Source: Eubacterium sp. CAG:841 (GTDB lineage: Bacteria > Bacillota > Clostridia > Oscillospirales > CAG-272). Taken from it: a stretch of DNA of 63,634 nucleotides. Below the pieces are notes generated by a model. It did not search any database and was not told the origin of the DNA. It saw only the letters and a list, made by a program, of their open reading frames with translations. Positions within the stretch are counted from its first letter, which is position 1. Each line of letters starts with the position of its first letter. The DNA is taken from NCBI GenBank assembly GCA_000437375.1, contig FR898229.1, positions 45,697 through 109,330 on the forward strand. The letters run 5' to 3'. This document shows positions 1 through 9,205 of the stretch, one piece after another. A program made the position numbers and the translations under genes.

Positions 1-22
1 CCGCTTTTGTTTTGTCATGAAA

Positions 23-253
23 TTATTCTACAATATAATCTTTAAGTTCTTCAAAAAGCTTTTCGCAATCATCGCCATAAGCCGTAAGCGTGATAGGACT
101 GAGAAGGTCAAGGCTGAATATACCCATTATCGACTTTGCGTCAACAACATATCTTCCGCTTGAGAGGTCAACCTCAGAATCGTATTTACGAACTATTTCA
201 ACGAAATCTCTTACCGCTTCAATTGAAGAAAGACGGATTTTAACTGTTTTCAT
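23..253 (-). CDS. HPr-fold (Crh-like) protein lacking the active-site His
   Basis: 76-aa ORF with ATG and an AAGGAG RBS. The 'VDAKSIMGIFSL' motif matches the HPr Ser46 region. There is no histidine anywhere in the protein. Confidence 0.6.
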   Translation of the reverse strand: MKTVKIRLSSIEAVRDFVEIVRKYDSEVDLSSGRYVVDAKSIMGIFSLDLLSPITLTAYGDDCEKLFEELKDYIVE

Positions 254-345
254 TTATAATCTCCTTTCGATACCGTTTTGATTGTTTTATGCTTATATAA
301 TATCAAAAAGCTGTTTACTTGTCAATATTTTAGATATAATAAAAT

Positions 346-867
346 TCAATTAACCACGAAAAGAGCAAAGGAAAAGCACAGCAAATATCCCTGCCACGCC
401 GAAAACAGCAAAAGACACAAGGACGGAAGCTTTCCAACACGCCTGACAAGCGGATAAAGCACAGATAAAAGCACAAGACATACGGCGCACGTCAATGCTG
501 ACGCAAAAAACGCCGTCGCCTTATATGTAAGCGGGATCCATATGTAAGTCAAAGCATAAACGCACGCATAAAGTATATATGCCGTCTGCATCGGCTTTCC
601 GCACAGGTGAAGCGGCGAGAAGAACGTGATCGAAAGCGATATCGCAAGCAAGCACAGCGCCAAAGCAAAAAATATGACAAGAATAACGGGGTGCAACGCC
701 CATACGGGAGTACATATCTCCTCCCAGGCTTCGCCGTCAATTCCGCCTATGGCAAAAAACACTCCTGTCACGACCGAAAGCACCATAGCGATTATCGTAA
801 CAGTCATATTTACGCAGGCAAGCTCTTTTTTTATATTTCGGCTTATCTCTTTTGAGGCAGTTTTCAT
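346..867 (-). CDS. Polytopic membrane protein (possibly TspO/MBR-like, tentative)
   Basis: Start chosen at the internal ATG at 867, preceded by GGAGGAAC. It has about 5 hydrophobic helices. The C-terminus 'FSAWQGYLLCFSFALFVVN' is weakly reminiscent of TspO. Confidence 0.5.
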   Translation of the reverse strand: MKTASKEISRNIKKELACVNMTVTIIAMVLSVVTGVFFAIGGIDGEAWEEICTPVWALHPVILVIFFALALCLLAISLSITFFSPLHLCGKPMQTAYILYACVYALTYIWIPLTYKATAFFASALTCAVCLVLLSVLYPLVRRVGKLPSLCLLLFSAWQGYLLCFSFALFVVN

Positions 868-982
868 AATGTTCCTCCACAAAGTAATATTGAAAACAAA
901 TTTTTGAAAATCCGCGCCGAGCGCACACCTTTTCATTCCTCTTTTTCTCTCTTTCACCCCATTCTATTCTTTTTTCAAACAA

Positions 983-1012
983 AATATGCCTTCGCAAAAG
1001 CGAAGGCATATT
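983..1012 (-). terminator. Rho-independent terminator downstream of the DUF378 gene
   Basis: Perfect 13-bp stem AATATGCCTTCGC/GCGAAGGCATATT with a 4-nt loop. On the minus strand it is followed by TTTTGTTTG. Confidence 0.7.
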
Positions 1013-1031
1013 AAGCGGGTAGAACAAAAAC

Positions 1032-1256
1032 TTATCTTCTTTCATCGCGGACAACTTCCGTCTCTTCTCTCGGACGGAAAAGAAGTGAAATGCACCATAT
1101 TCCGGCAAGTGCCACAAGCGTGTAGATAACGCGCGACACCGAAGCGTCCTGACCGCCGAATATCCATGCAACTATGTCAAACTTGAAAAGGCCTATACTT
1201 CCCCAATTGAGCGCGCCGATAATTGAAATTATAAGCGCAATTCTGTCGATTATCAT
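1032..1256 (-). CDS. DUF378-family small membrane protein
   Basis: 74 aa. The N-terminus 'IALIISIIGALNWGSIGLFKFDIVAWIFGG' is typical of DUF378/YuzA. AAGGAG RBS. Confidence 0.75.
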   Translation of the reverse strand: MIIDRIALIISIIGALNWGSIGLFKFDIVAWIFGGQDASVSRVIYTLVALAGIWCISLLFRPREETEVVRDERR

Positions 1257-1401
1257 AAATGATCAACTCCTTGTTTTTTACTTGACATTCCGTATTCTCT
1301 CCGTTTTTCGCCGCGATTATACATTATTTTTCATTTTATTGTTGCAATTATCGTCTCATAAGGTTAAAATATAAAAGTAATTTTGTTTTTAAGGATTTTT
1401 T

Positions 1402-2052
1402 ATGAGAGCAAGAAAACTGAAACATCGCGATGAGCGCCTGCTCGCCTGCGACAATATAATAACGGATGAATTCTCCTCCGATCCTCCCAAGCTTACCCTC
1501 ACGGAGCTTTTTCCCGACTATTCACGCTTCCGTCTTGAAATAGGTTGCGGAAAAGGAGGCTTTGTTCGCGGAGAAGCGAAAAATCATCCCGATACGGCTT
1601 ACATAGCCGTTGAACTGATAACCGACGTCATCGTTCAGGCGGCGGAAAGAACGCCTGAAAACGAATACAAAAATGTCGTTTTTCTCAATACCAATGCTTC
1701 AAGACTCGACAAGATCTTCCCTGCGGGAAGCTTTGAAAGAATTCACATAAACTTCTGCGATCCGTGGCCGAAAAAGCGCAATGCAAAACGACGCCTGACC
1801 TGCAGGACGTTCCTTTCGCTTTTCAAGCCCTTGCTCGCCGAAGGCGGATGCATAGCATTCAAAACCGACAACGCCGATCTTTTTGAATATTCCCTGCCCG
1901 AATTTGAAGCTGCGGGATACCGCACGGAAAAGGTCACGCATGACCTTCACGCCAGCGAATATTTCGGTTGCGATACCGAAACCGAATACGAAAAAGCCTT
2001 TTCGGAAAAAGGCACTCCCATATGCCGCCTTGAAGCATATCCGACAAAATAA
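1402..2052 (+). CDS. trmB: tRNA (guanine46-N7)-methyltransferase
   Basis: The SAM-binding 'LEIGCGKGGF' and 'INFCDPWPKKR' motifs are characteristic of TrmB. Confidence 0.9.
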   Translation: MRARKLKHRDERLLACDNIITDEFSSDPPKLTLTELFPDYSRFRLEIGCGKGGFVRGEAKNHPDTAYIAVELITDVIVQAAERTPENEYKNVVFLNTNASRLDKIFPAGSFERIHINFCDPWPKKRNAKRRLTCRTFLSLFKPLLAEGGCIAFKTDNADLFEYSLPEFEAAGYRTEKVTHDLHASEYFGCDTETEYEKAFSEKGTPICRLEAYPTK

Positions 2053-2096
2053 AGCGATATTTGATAAAACTTTTTTCAAAAAAAGAAAATTTACTA

Positions 2097-2125
2097 TTGA
2101 TTTTTCAAAAAACCCGTGATATAAT
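2097..2125 (+). promoter_or_regulatory. Sigma-A type promoter for rpmB
   Basis: TTGATT, a 17-nt spacer, then TATAAT with an extended-10 TG (TGATATAAT), about 90 nt upstream of rpmB. Confidence 0.55.
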
Positions 2126-2212
2126 AAACATCGCTGTATCTCTGTTAAACCGTAAGATGTGCTTTGCGCCTCTTACTTTACAGATATAAAAATAATAACA
2201 GGAGGTGTAAAT

Positions 2213-2398
2213 ATGGCAAAATGTGTATGTTGCGGTAAGGCGCTCGTTTTCGGAAACAACGTTTCCCACTCCAACCGCAAAACAAGCAGAACTTGGAAGC
2301 CCAATCTCAGAAAGGTAAGCGCAAATATCAACGGCACTCACAAGACAGTTACCGTTTGCTCTCGTTGCCTTCGCTCCGGCAAGGTAGAAAGAGCGTAA
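2213..2398 (+). CDS. rpmB: 50S ribosomal protein L28
   Basis: 'MAKCVCCGK...GNNVSHSNRKTSRTWKPNL' is canonical L28. The GGAGG RBS lies 7 nt upstream of the ATG at 2213. Confidence 0.95.
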   Translation: MAKCVCCGKALVFGNNVSHSNRKTSRTWKPNLRKVSANINGTHKTVTVCSRCLRSGKVERA

Positions 2399-2470
2399 CA
2401 CCTCGGATAAAAGCTTTACAGGACCCCTTCCGCAAGGAAGGGGATTTTGCGTAAAAAGGGAGGTTTGCCC

Positions 2471-3166
2471 GTGAATTTCATATTGGTATCCTCAGCACTT
2501 GAAAAAAACATGGCGAAAAAACTTTCGGATTTCGGCACCGTTGTGCCGCTTCCGCCGCTTCCGGCATTGCCTTCGCCCATCGCTTCGCATGCGGACACAC
2601 TGATAGCTTCCGTGGGCGATGAATTCTTTGTTTACGCAAATTATCCCGAAAGCGACAAGCTGTTTGCCGCACTCGATTTTCCCTGCACCGTAATAAAGCA
2701 AAATGCCGGAAACAAATATCCGCTCGACGCGGCGCTCAATTGCTTCACGGTCGGAGACAGACTCGTTTGCCGTGAAAAAAGCGTAGCGCCCGAAATACTT
2801 GATTTCGCAAAAAAACGCGGATACAAAACTATAAACGTAAAGCAGGGCTATGCACACTGCTCCTGTGCCGTAATAGGCGACGGAATCCTGACCTCAGATC
2901 GCGGCATTTTCCGCGTCGCCGAAAAAGAAGGCATAGATTCCGCGTTTGTCTCTTCAACCGGAATTGTCCTTCCGGGATATAAAGAGGGATTTATCGGCGG
3001 CGCGTGCGGATGCATAGGCAGAACCGTGATATTCTTCGGAGACGTCCGGCTTTTGCCAGACGGCGAAAAAGCCGAAGACTTTATAAAAAGCAAAGGCTAT
3101 GACCCATATTATCTTTCGGATAAACCTCCCGTCGATTTCGGTGGGATGGTCACGGCGGAAGTATAA
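2471..3166 (+). CDS. Conserved hypothetical protein (amidinotransferase/GME-fold-like, DUF6873-like by recollection)
   Basis: Long ORF. GTG start at 2471 with a GGGAGG RBS 7 nt upstream. The function call is only an impression from motifs (HADT, GYAHCS, FIGGACG). Confidence 0.5.
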   Translation: MNFILVSSALEKNMAKKLSDFGTVVPLPPLPALPSPIASHADTLIASVGDEFFVYANYPESDKLFAALDFPCTVIKQNAGNKYPLDAALNCFTVGDRLVCREKSVAPEILDFAKKRGYKTINVKQGYAHCSCAVIGDGILTSDRGIFRVAEKEGIDSAFVSSTGIVLPGYKEGFIGGACGCIGRTVIFFGDVRLLPDGEKAEDFIKSKGYDPYYLSDKPPVDFGGMVTAEV

Positions 3167-3178
3167 AGGAGACTATTT

Positions 3179-3979
3179 ATGATAATAGAAAAATTCAGTC
3201 TTTCGGAAACAAATCCGGCAGTGACGCTGACAGCGTACATCTCCGGTGAAATCAATAACGCATCGCGCCCCTCCGTGCTTATCTGTCCCGGCGGCGGATA
3301 CAGAATATGCGCCTTTCTCGAAGGCGAGCCGTATGCGCTCGAATTCTGTGCGCGCGGATATAACTGCTTTGTGCTTGAATATTCCGTTATGGGTGCGGCA
3401 CGATTCCCCACCCAGCTTATCGAAGCTTCGCTTGCTATGAAATTCATACGCGACAATGCCGAAAAATACGGAACGAATAAAGATGAAATATTCGTTATCG
3501 GCTCGTCGGCGGGCGGTCATCTTGCCGCAATGCTCGGAACCATGTGGCACAAGAACTTTATCTATGACGCGACAGATATGCCCTACGGCTACAACAAACC
3601 GACGGGTATGATCCTTTGCTACCCCGTTATTACATCGGACAAAAAATATGCGCATGAAGATTCATTCCGCAAGCTTCTCGGCAGCGACAGACTTTCGGAT
3701 GATTCCGCAAGAAAGAGCGTTTCCATAGAGCGCAACGTAACGAAAAAGACCGTTCCGGCGTTCATCTGGCACACAAGACCGGACAGCGGAGTAAACGTTA
3801 TGAATTCGCTTCTGCTTGCCGACGCGCTTTCAAAGAAAAACATTCCGTATGAGCTTCACATATATCCCGAAGGCGGACACGGAATGGGACTTTGCCAAAA
3901 AAATTTCGGCTCAGATAATGCGTACAATCATGATTGGATACGATGCGCCGAACATTGGATGCGCTCGTTTGACAAATAA
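3179..3979 (+). CDS. Alpha/beta-hydrolase (esterase/lipase family), paralog 1
   Basis: Oxyanion-type 'PGGGY' and nucleophile elbow 'GSSAGGH'. A C-terminal 'GGHG' His region is present. AAGGAG RBS. Confidence 0.8.
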   Translation: MIIEKFSLSETNPAVTLTAYISGEINNASRPSVLICPGGGYRICAFLEGEPYALEFCARGYNCFVLEYSVMGAARFPTQLIEASLAMKFIRDNAEKYGTNKDEIFVIGSSAGGHLAAMLGTMWHKNFIYDATDMPYGYNKPTGMILCYPVITSDKKYAHEDSFRKLLGSDRLSDDSARKSVSIERNVTKKTVPAFIWHTRPDSGVNVMNSLLLADALSKKNIPYELHIYPEGGHGMGLCQKNFGSDNAYNHDWIRCAEHWMRSFDK

Positions 3980-4018
3980 AATTTACATTAAAATATTTAT
4001 AAAGGCAGGAAAACATTT

Positions 4019-4822
4019 ATGGAAACAGAAGTTTTTCATCTTTCCGAAACAAATCCCGACGTCAGGATAACGGCTTACCTTGCAGGAACATATGAGCGTA
4101 TTCCCCACAACGAAAAACGTCCGGCAATACTTATTTTCCCCGGCGGCGGATATGCGTACTGCTCATCAAGAGAGGCAGAACCCATCGCACACGAGTTCAT
4201 CGCTCACGGCTACAATGCGTTCGTTTTCGACTATTCGGTAAACGGTGCTGCCGTATATCCCACTCAGCTTATCGAAGCTTCACTTGCTATGAAATTCCTC
4301 CGCGATAATGCGGAAAAGCTCCGCATCGATCCCGAAAGAATATTCACCATAGGCTTTTCGGCAGGCGGCCATCTTGCCGCAATGCTCGGAACCATGTGGC
4401 ACAAAAACTTTATCTATGACGCGATAGATATGCCCTACGGCTACAACAAACCGACAGGCATGATTCTCTGCTATCCCGTTATCACAAGCGGGAAATACGC
4501 ACACAGAGGTTCGTTCGACACGCTTCTCGGCGACGGCAAAAACGATAAAAAACTCCTGCGCGAAGTGTCTCTTGAATATGCGGTAACAAAAAAGACCGTC
4601 CCGACGTTCATCTGGCACACGCGTGCGGACAAAACCGTTCCCGTAATAAATTCCATTCTCTTTGCGGAGGCTCTCTCAAAGAAAAATATTCCGTACGAAC
4701 TTCACATATATCCCGATGGCTGGCACGGTATGACTCTCTGCCGCGAGTTTCTCGACGCCGAAAACGAATACATCGGCGATTGGGTTCGCTGCGCCGAACA
4801 TTGGATGAAAAACACAAAATAA
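4019..4822 (+). CDS. Alpha/beta-hydrolase (esterase/lipase family), paralog 2
   Basis: Same architecture as 3179-3979 ('PGGGY', 'GFSAGGH'). It is a tandem duplicate. Confidence 0.8.
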   Translation: METEVFHLSETNPDVRITAYLAGTYERIPHNEKRPAILIFPGGGYAYCSSREAEPIAHEFIAHGYNAFVFDYSVNGAAVYPTQLIEASLAMKFLRDNAEKLRIDPERIFTIGFSAGGHLAAMLGTMWHKNFIYDAIDMPYGYNKPTGMILCYPVITSGKYAHRGSFDTLLGDGKNDKKLLREVSLEYAVTKKTVPTFIWHTRADKTVPVINSILFAEALSKKNIPYELHIYPDGWHGMTLCREFLDAENEYIGDWVRCAEHWMKNTK

Positions 4823-4852
4823 AAAAACAGGGCACGCGCCCTGTTTTTTTTA
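4823..4852. terminator. Bidirectional rho-independent terminator
   Basis: A-run, then stem CAGGGC/GCCCTG with a 4-nt loop, then a T-run. It lies between convergent genes. Confidence 0.7.
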
Positions 4853-5311
4853 TTTTAATATTGAATGGAAGTTGTTTATTATTTTTTCGTCCGTACCCTT
4901 TGGAAGCCCTGTCATCTCGTCCATGTCCAGCATTGCAAAAAGAACGACGTCTCCTTCGTTTTCACATATTATCGTATCTGCCGATGTGCATATGTTCCAT
5001 ACAAGGTCACAGTTCTCGCGGAGAGTGTTTTTGAATTCTTCAACCTCAACGCTTCCGTCAAGCTTGAAAACATAAACTATAAACGGCAAAGCGTTTATTT
5101 TCGGTGCGGCAAACGCACCGGAGGCAATACCGTCAATCCGGCGGATATTGAAGCCAGCCATGTCGTTCCCGTTTGCCGAGCCGTAATAAAGACTGATCTC
5201 CGTCGTTCCGGAAACGGTTTTTTTCACTATTCCTCTGGCAGACGGAATTCCTCCGCACGAAACAAGAAATATGCTTGCGGCAACAAGCAAAACTGCGATA
5301 ATTCTTTTCAT
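4850..5311 (-). CDS. Putative lipoprotein
   Basis: The N-terminus 'MKRIIAVLLVAASIFLVSCGG' is a lipobox-type signal. The start overlaps the upstream stop (ATGA). Confidence 0.7.
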   Translation of the reverse strand: MKRIIAVLLVAASIFLVSCGGIPSARGIVKKTVSGTTEISLYYGSANGNDMAGFNIRRIDGIASGAFAAPKINALPFIVYVFKLDGSVEVEEFKNTLRENCDLVWNICTSADTIICENEGDVVLFAMLDMDEMTGLPKGTDEKIINNFHSILK

Positions 5312-6228
5312 CTCTCTTTACCTCTCTTTTTAATTTCTTTTGGTTTGAAAGTGCTGTCGCTTATATCCGCTTTGAAGCCCTCGCCTATAGTTTCCGTCGA
5401 ATCTCCGAGAACTATGAACGCATGCGGATCTATAGATTTTGCTATGGATTTGAGTAAAAATATTTCGTTTTTCTTCACCACGCAAAATACTATTTTCTTT
5501 TTTTCCTTTGTGTACCAACCCTCGCCGTCTATAAGCGTAACGCCTCTGCCCGCTTTTTCTGATATGGCAGAAGCTATCCTGTCGTATTCCGATGAGAATA
5601 TAAACGCCATTTTGGATTTTTCAAATCCGCCCGTGACTATTTCTATCGTAAGCGATGAAACGAGCACAGAAACAAGCGAATAAAATACCGAAAGGAAATT
5701 TTTCATAACTATCGCCGCACCGATGATAACAACGGCGTCAACTGCGGCAATAAGCTTTGCCGTCGATATATTTTTGGCTTTCAGCTTTATAAGCAGCGCG
5801 ACAAAGTCGGAGCCGCCGGTAGTAAATCCCCTGTAAAGCATAATTCCTATCGCCGCACCGAGCGTAAGTCCGCCGAATATCGCACACAGAAAAGCGTTTT
5901 CCTTAGGTTGCGGAAAAGCTGCCGGCAGAAATTTTATAAAATCTATGGCAAGCGATGTCACCGTTATCCCTATAAAGCTTTTTATTCCCGATCCGTAACC
6001 GTAAAACACACAAAAAAGAAGTGCCAGCGGAACGTTTATTGCTATTATCATAAGACCTGTGGGAAGTCCGAACAAAATGTTCAGCATTTCGGCAACGCCT
6101 CCGGCACCACCTATGAATATCTCTCCCGGTAAAAAGAACATATTGTAAGATACGGCAAAAAGAAATCCGCTCAGTATAAGTGCCCCCGCGTCAAGAAGAA
6201 GTTCCTGTAGCTTTTTGCTTTTTTTCAT
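5308..6228 (-). CDS. YitT-family membrane protein (DUF2179 C-terminal domain)
   Basis: 'SYNMFFLPGEIFIGGAGGVAEML' and the overall 5-TM + soluble C-domain layout fit the family. Start taken at the ATG at 6228 (MKKSKK), 9 nt after GGGAGGA. Confidence 0.75.
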   Translation of the reverse strand: MKKSKKLQELLLDAGALILSGFLFAVSYNMFFLPGEIFIGGAGGVAEMLNILFGLPTGLMIIAINVPLALLFCVFYGYGSGIKSFIGITVTSLAIDFIKFLPAAFPQPKENAFLCAIFGGLTLGAAIGIMLYRGFTTGGSDFVALLIKLKAKNISTAKLIAAVDAVVIIGAAIVMKNFLSVFYSLVSVLVSSLTIEIVTGGFEKSKMAFIFSSEYDRIASAISEKAGRGVTLIDGEGWYTKEKKKIVFCVVKKNEIFLLKSIAKSIDPHAFIVLGDSTETIGEGFKADISDSTFKPKEIKKRGKER

Positions 6229-6328
6229 CCATACGTTTCCTCCCATAAGTATTTTTTCTTATTTCACCGAATAGATTATATTGTCCGCATATTATTATAC
6301 ACGTAGTTTGGGAGAAAAACAACACTTT

Positions 6329-7876
6329 ATGTCCAGATTAAGCAAATTCGTAAAAAACGCACTGCTTTTAGGCGCAGTTTCTGTATTTATGAGAACAGTA
6401 AGCGTTGTATTCAACGCTTACATCGCCTCTCGCATAGGCGCGGGCGGAATGGGATTGTTCTCGCTTATAATGAGCGTTTATGTCTTCTCCGTAACGCTTG
6501 CAGGTTCGGGAATAAATCTTGCCGTAACGCGCCTTGTAGCCGAATCCATTGCAAAAAACTGCGACAGCGGAATAATCGGCGCGGTTAAAAAGTGTGTGCT
6601 TTATGCGCTGTGCTTCGGCGGAGGAGCGGCAATTCTTCTTTTTGCTTTTTCGGGAATACTCGCCGAAAAAGCAGTAGGCGAAGAAAACGTCGCAATGTGT
6701 TTTCGTGCGCTCGCGGCAGCGCTGCCGTTCATAGCCGTATCAAACGTTTTTTCGGGATATTTTTATGCCGTAAGGCGCTCGGCAAAGAGCGCCCTTTCGG
6801 GAGTTTTCGAGCAGTTTATAAAAATAGCCGTAACTGTGCTTTTCCTGAAAAAGCTTTGCCCGCTCGGCACAGAATACGCCTGTCTTGCGCTCGTTCTCGG
6901 AATGAGCATTTCGGAGGGACTTTCGTTTACCTATCTGCTTGCTTTTTACCTTGCCGACAGGAAAAAACATCTCCGCCCGTCCGCGCTCGAATGTGTTCCG
7001 CACGACACGACCCGCAAAATGATATCGATCGCCCTGCCGATAATGCTTTCCTCGTGTCTGCGTTCGGGGCTTGTGACGGTGGAACATATGCTTATCCCAA
7101 GAGGACTTGAAAGATACGGCGCCGACAGAACCGCCTCGCTTTCGGCATACGGAACGGTTTCCGGAATGGCGATGCCCGTTCTGCTGTTTCCGTCGGCTTT
7201 GTGCGCCGTGTTTTCCTCGCTTATAATTCCGGAACTTTCGGAGCTTTCCGCCAGATCGGAAAAGATAAAAAACGATACCGAGATATGCTATATGGTGCGC
7301 CGCGCATGCGGAGCCGCACTTCTCTTCGGAATAGGCACGGCAGGAATATTCGTCTGCTTTTCACAACCGCTCGGTCAGCTTGTTTATAAAAGCTCCGACG
7401 CCGCAAAATATATAGGAATTCTTGCTCCGCTCGTACCGCTGATGTATTTCGATATGACTGTGGACGGCATGCTGAAAGGACTCGGGCAACAGCTTTACTG
7501 CATGCGCGTAAATATTCTTGATGCCGCCGTAAGCATACTTTTAATATCCGTTCTCCTGCCCAAATACGGAATAACGGGATATATCACCTGTATATACATA
7601 ACCGAAACCATGAACGTCGCCCTTTCGTCGGGCAGACTTTTTTACATAACGGGTGCAAAATTTATGATCTTCAAAAGAATCTTTATGCCGCTCTTTTGTA
7701 TAGCCGGTGCCTGCTCGGTTTCAACTCTGCTTTTGCTTCCGGAAAAAGCTCCCGGAAAGACCTCCGTCGCCGGTATGATAATATCCGCTGCTCTTTATAT
7801 GTTTTTTCTGCTTGCCACATCCACCCTTTCCGGCGAAGACGCCGCATGGATAAAGAAACTTACCCGTATGCGATAA
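6329..7876 (+). CDS. spoVB: MOP-superfamily flippase, stage V sporulation protein B-like
   Basis: Polytopic protein of about 515 aa. The N-terminal 'RIGAGGMGLFSLIMSVY...GINLAVTRLVAE' resembles SpoVB/MurJ-type flippases. Confidence 0.65.
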   Translation: MSRLSKFVKNALLLGAVSVFMRTVSVVFNAYIASRIGAGGMGLFSLIMSVYVFSVTLAGSGINLAVTRLVAESIAKNCDSGIIGAVKKCVLYALCFGGGAAILLFAFSGILAEKAVGEENVAMCFRALAAALPFIAVSNVFSGYFYAVRRSAKSALSGVFEQFIKIAVTVLFLKKLCPLGTEYACLALVLGMSISEGLSFTYLLAFYLADRKKHLRPSALECVPHDTTRKMISIALPIMLSSCLRSGLVTVEHMLIPRGLERYGADRTASLSAYGTVSGMAMPVLLFPSALCAVFSSLIIPELSELSARSEKIKNDTEICYMVRRACGAALLFGIGTAGIFVCFSQPLGQLVYKSSDAAKYIGILAPLVPLMYFDMTVDGMLKGLGQQLYCMRVNILDAAVSILLISVLLPKYGITGYITCIYITETMNVALSSGRLFYITGAKFMIFKRIFMPLFCIAGACSVSTLLLLPEKAPGKTSVAGMIISAALYMFFLLATSTLSGEDAAWIKKLTRMR

Positions 7877-7949
7877 ATTCACAAAAAAATATTGATTTGC
7901 TTTTCTGTTTTGTGGTAAAATAATACATACTACCACAGCGGAGGCGTAT

Positions 7950-8402
7950 ATGAACAAAACAGATAAAATATTCGGCGTGATTTCAAAAATAATAAGCAGA
8001 ACGGGAACTTACTTTATGTTTCTCTTCCTGTTCGTATCGTTTATGGCAAAGCTGATAATTCCGGATCAGACGATATCCTATAACCTTTCTCTTTTTGCTT
8101 ATGTGCTGCTCTTTTCGTTTATAATGTCGCTTATAGATTTCATCCTGTCATTTAAGCAGCTCGGAATTTTCTTCGTCCGCGTAACGGTACATTATGTTCT
8201 TTCGATTACGGACTTTATCGTCGTGCTTTGCTGTCTTTCCAAAATCACGTCCGGAGGAAAACAGGTGCTTGCGCTTTCGCTATTCTTTACGCTTGTGTAC
8301 GCAATAGTTATGACGGTATACTGCTTATGCCGTTCGGCGAAGCTAAAACGCGAAAACAAGAATAAAGAATACAAAAACGAATTCACACCCGACCAACCTT
8401 GA
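7950..8402 (+). CDS. Hypothetical membrane protein
   Basis: 150 aa with 4 hydrophobic segments and a GGAGG RBS. Confidence 0.6.
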   Translation: MNKTDKIFGVISKIISRTGTYFMFLFLFVSFMAKLIIPDQTISYNLSLFAYVLLFSFIMSLIDFILSFKQLGIFFVRVTVHYVLSITDFIVVLCCLSKITSGGKQVLALSLFFTLVYAIVMTVYCLCRSAKLKRENKNKEYKNEFTPDQP

Positions 8403-8416
8403 TATTTGGAGGTAAT

Positions 8417-9205
8417 ATGAACAAAATACAGGATTTTGAGTGCGAAAGCTGCTCAAACGAACCAACCGACAGAATAAATATACAGCGCTTTTTTGCAAAG
8501 CTCGACGAGCTTTTCTCCCGCAACGACCTTCCCGCCGCAGGCAGACTTATGGACTATTGGGAACACGATGCAAGAGCATTGGGCGATGAGCGCGGTCTGC
8601 TTGAAGTGTTGAATGAGGAAACGGGATATTTCCGCCGCACGGGCGAAAAGGAAAAAGCCGAAAAAGCAATAAGCGAAGCGCTCGCTCTCACCGAAAAGCT
8701 CGGACTTTCCGAAACCGTTTCCGGTGCTACGATATATGTAAATTGCGCCACTACCATGAAAGCCTTCGGAGAAGCGGAAAAAGCGCTTCCCTATTATGAA
8801 AAAGCCCGCCTTGTATATGAGAAAAATCTTGAAAAAGGAGATTTTATGCTCGCAGCGCTGTATAACAATACCGCGCTCGCTCTGGCTGATCTCGGCAGAA
8901 CGGCTGAAGCCGAAGAACATTTTCTGCTCGCGATAGAAACGCTCAAAGCGGGCGGATCTCATAACGGCGAGATCGCCGTGAGCTATGTAAATCTCGCTCA
9001 GCTTTATTACGGCGCCGGCATAAATGAAAAAATACCCTCCGCACTTGAAAGCGGATGGGAATATCTTTCCTCCGAAAATAATCCGCACGACGGAAACTTT
9101 GCGTTTATCTGCTCAAAATGCGCGCCGGCATACAGAGATTTCGGTCAGATACAGCGCGCCGATATTCTTTTTAATACAGCAAAGGAGATCTATGAAAGGG
9201 CTTGA
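8417..9205 (+). CDS. Tetratricopeptide-repeat protein
   Basis: Repeated A/L/Y-rich 34-aa helical units (e.g. 'ALYNNTALALADLGRTAEAEEHFLLAIE'). GGAGG RBS before the ATG at 8417. Confidence 0.65.
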   Translation: MNKIQDFECESCSNEPTDRINIQRFFAKLDELFSRNDLPAAGRLMDYWEHDARALGDERGLLEVLNEETGYFRRTGEKEKAEKAISEALALTEKLGLSETVSGATIYVNCATTMKAFGEAEKALPYYEKARLVYEKNLEKGDFMLAALYNNTALALADLGRTAEAEEHFLLAIETLKAGGSHNGEIAVSYVNLAQLYYGAGINEKIPSALESGWEYLSSENNPHDGNFAFICSKCAPAYRDFGQIQRADILFNTAKEIYERA

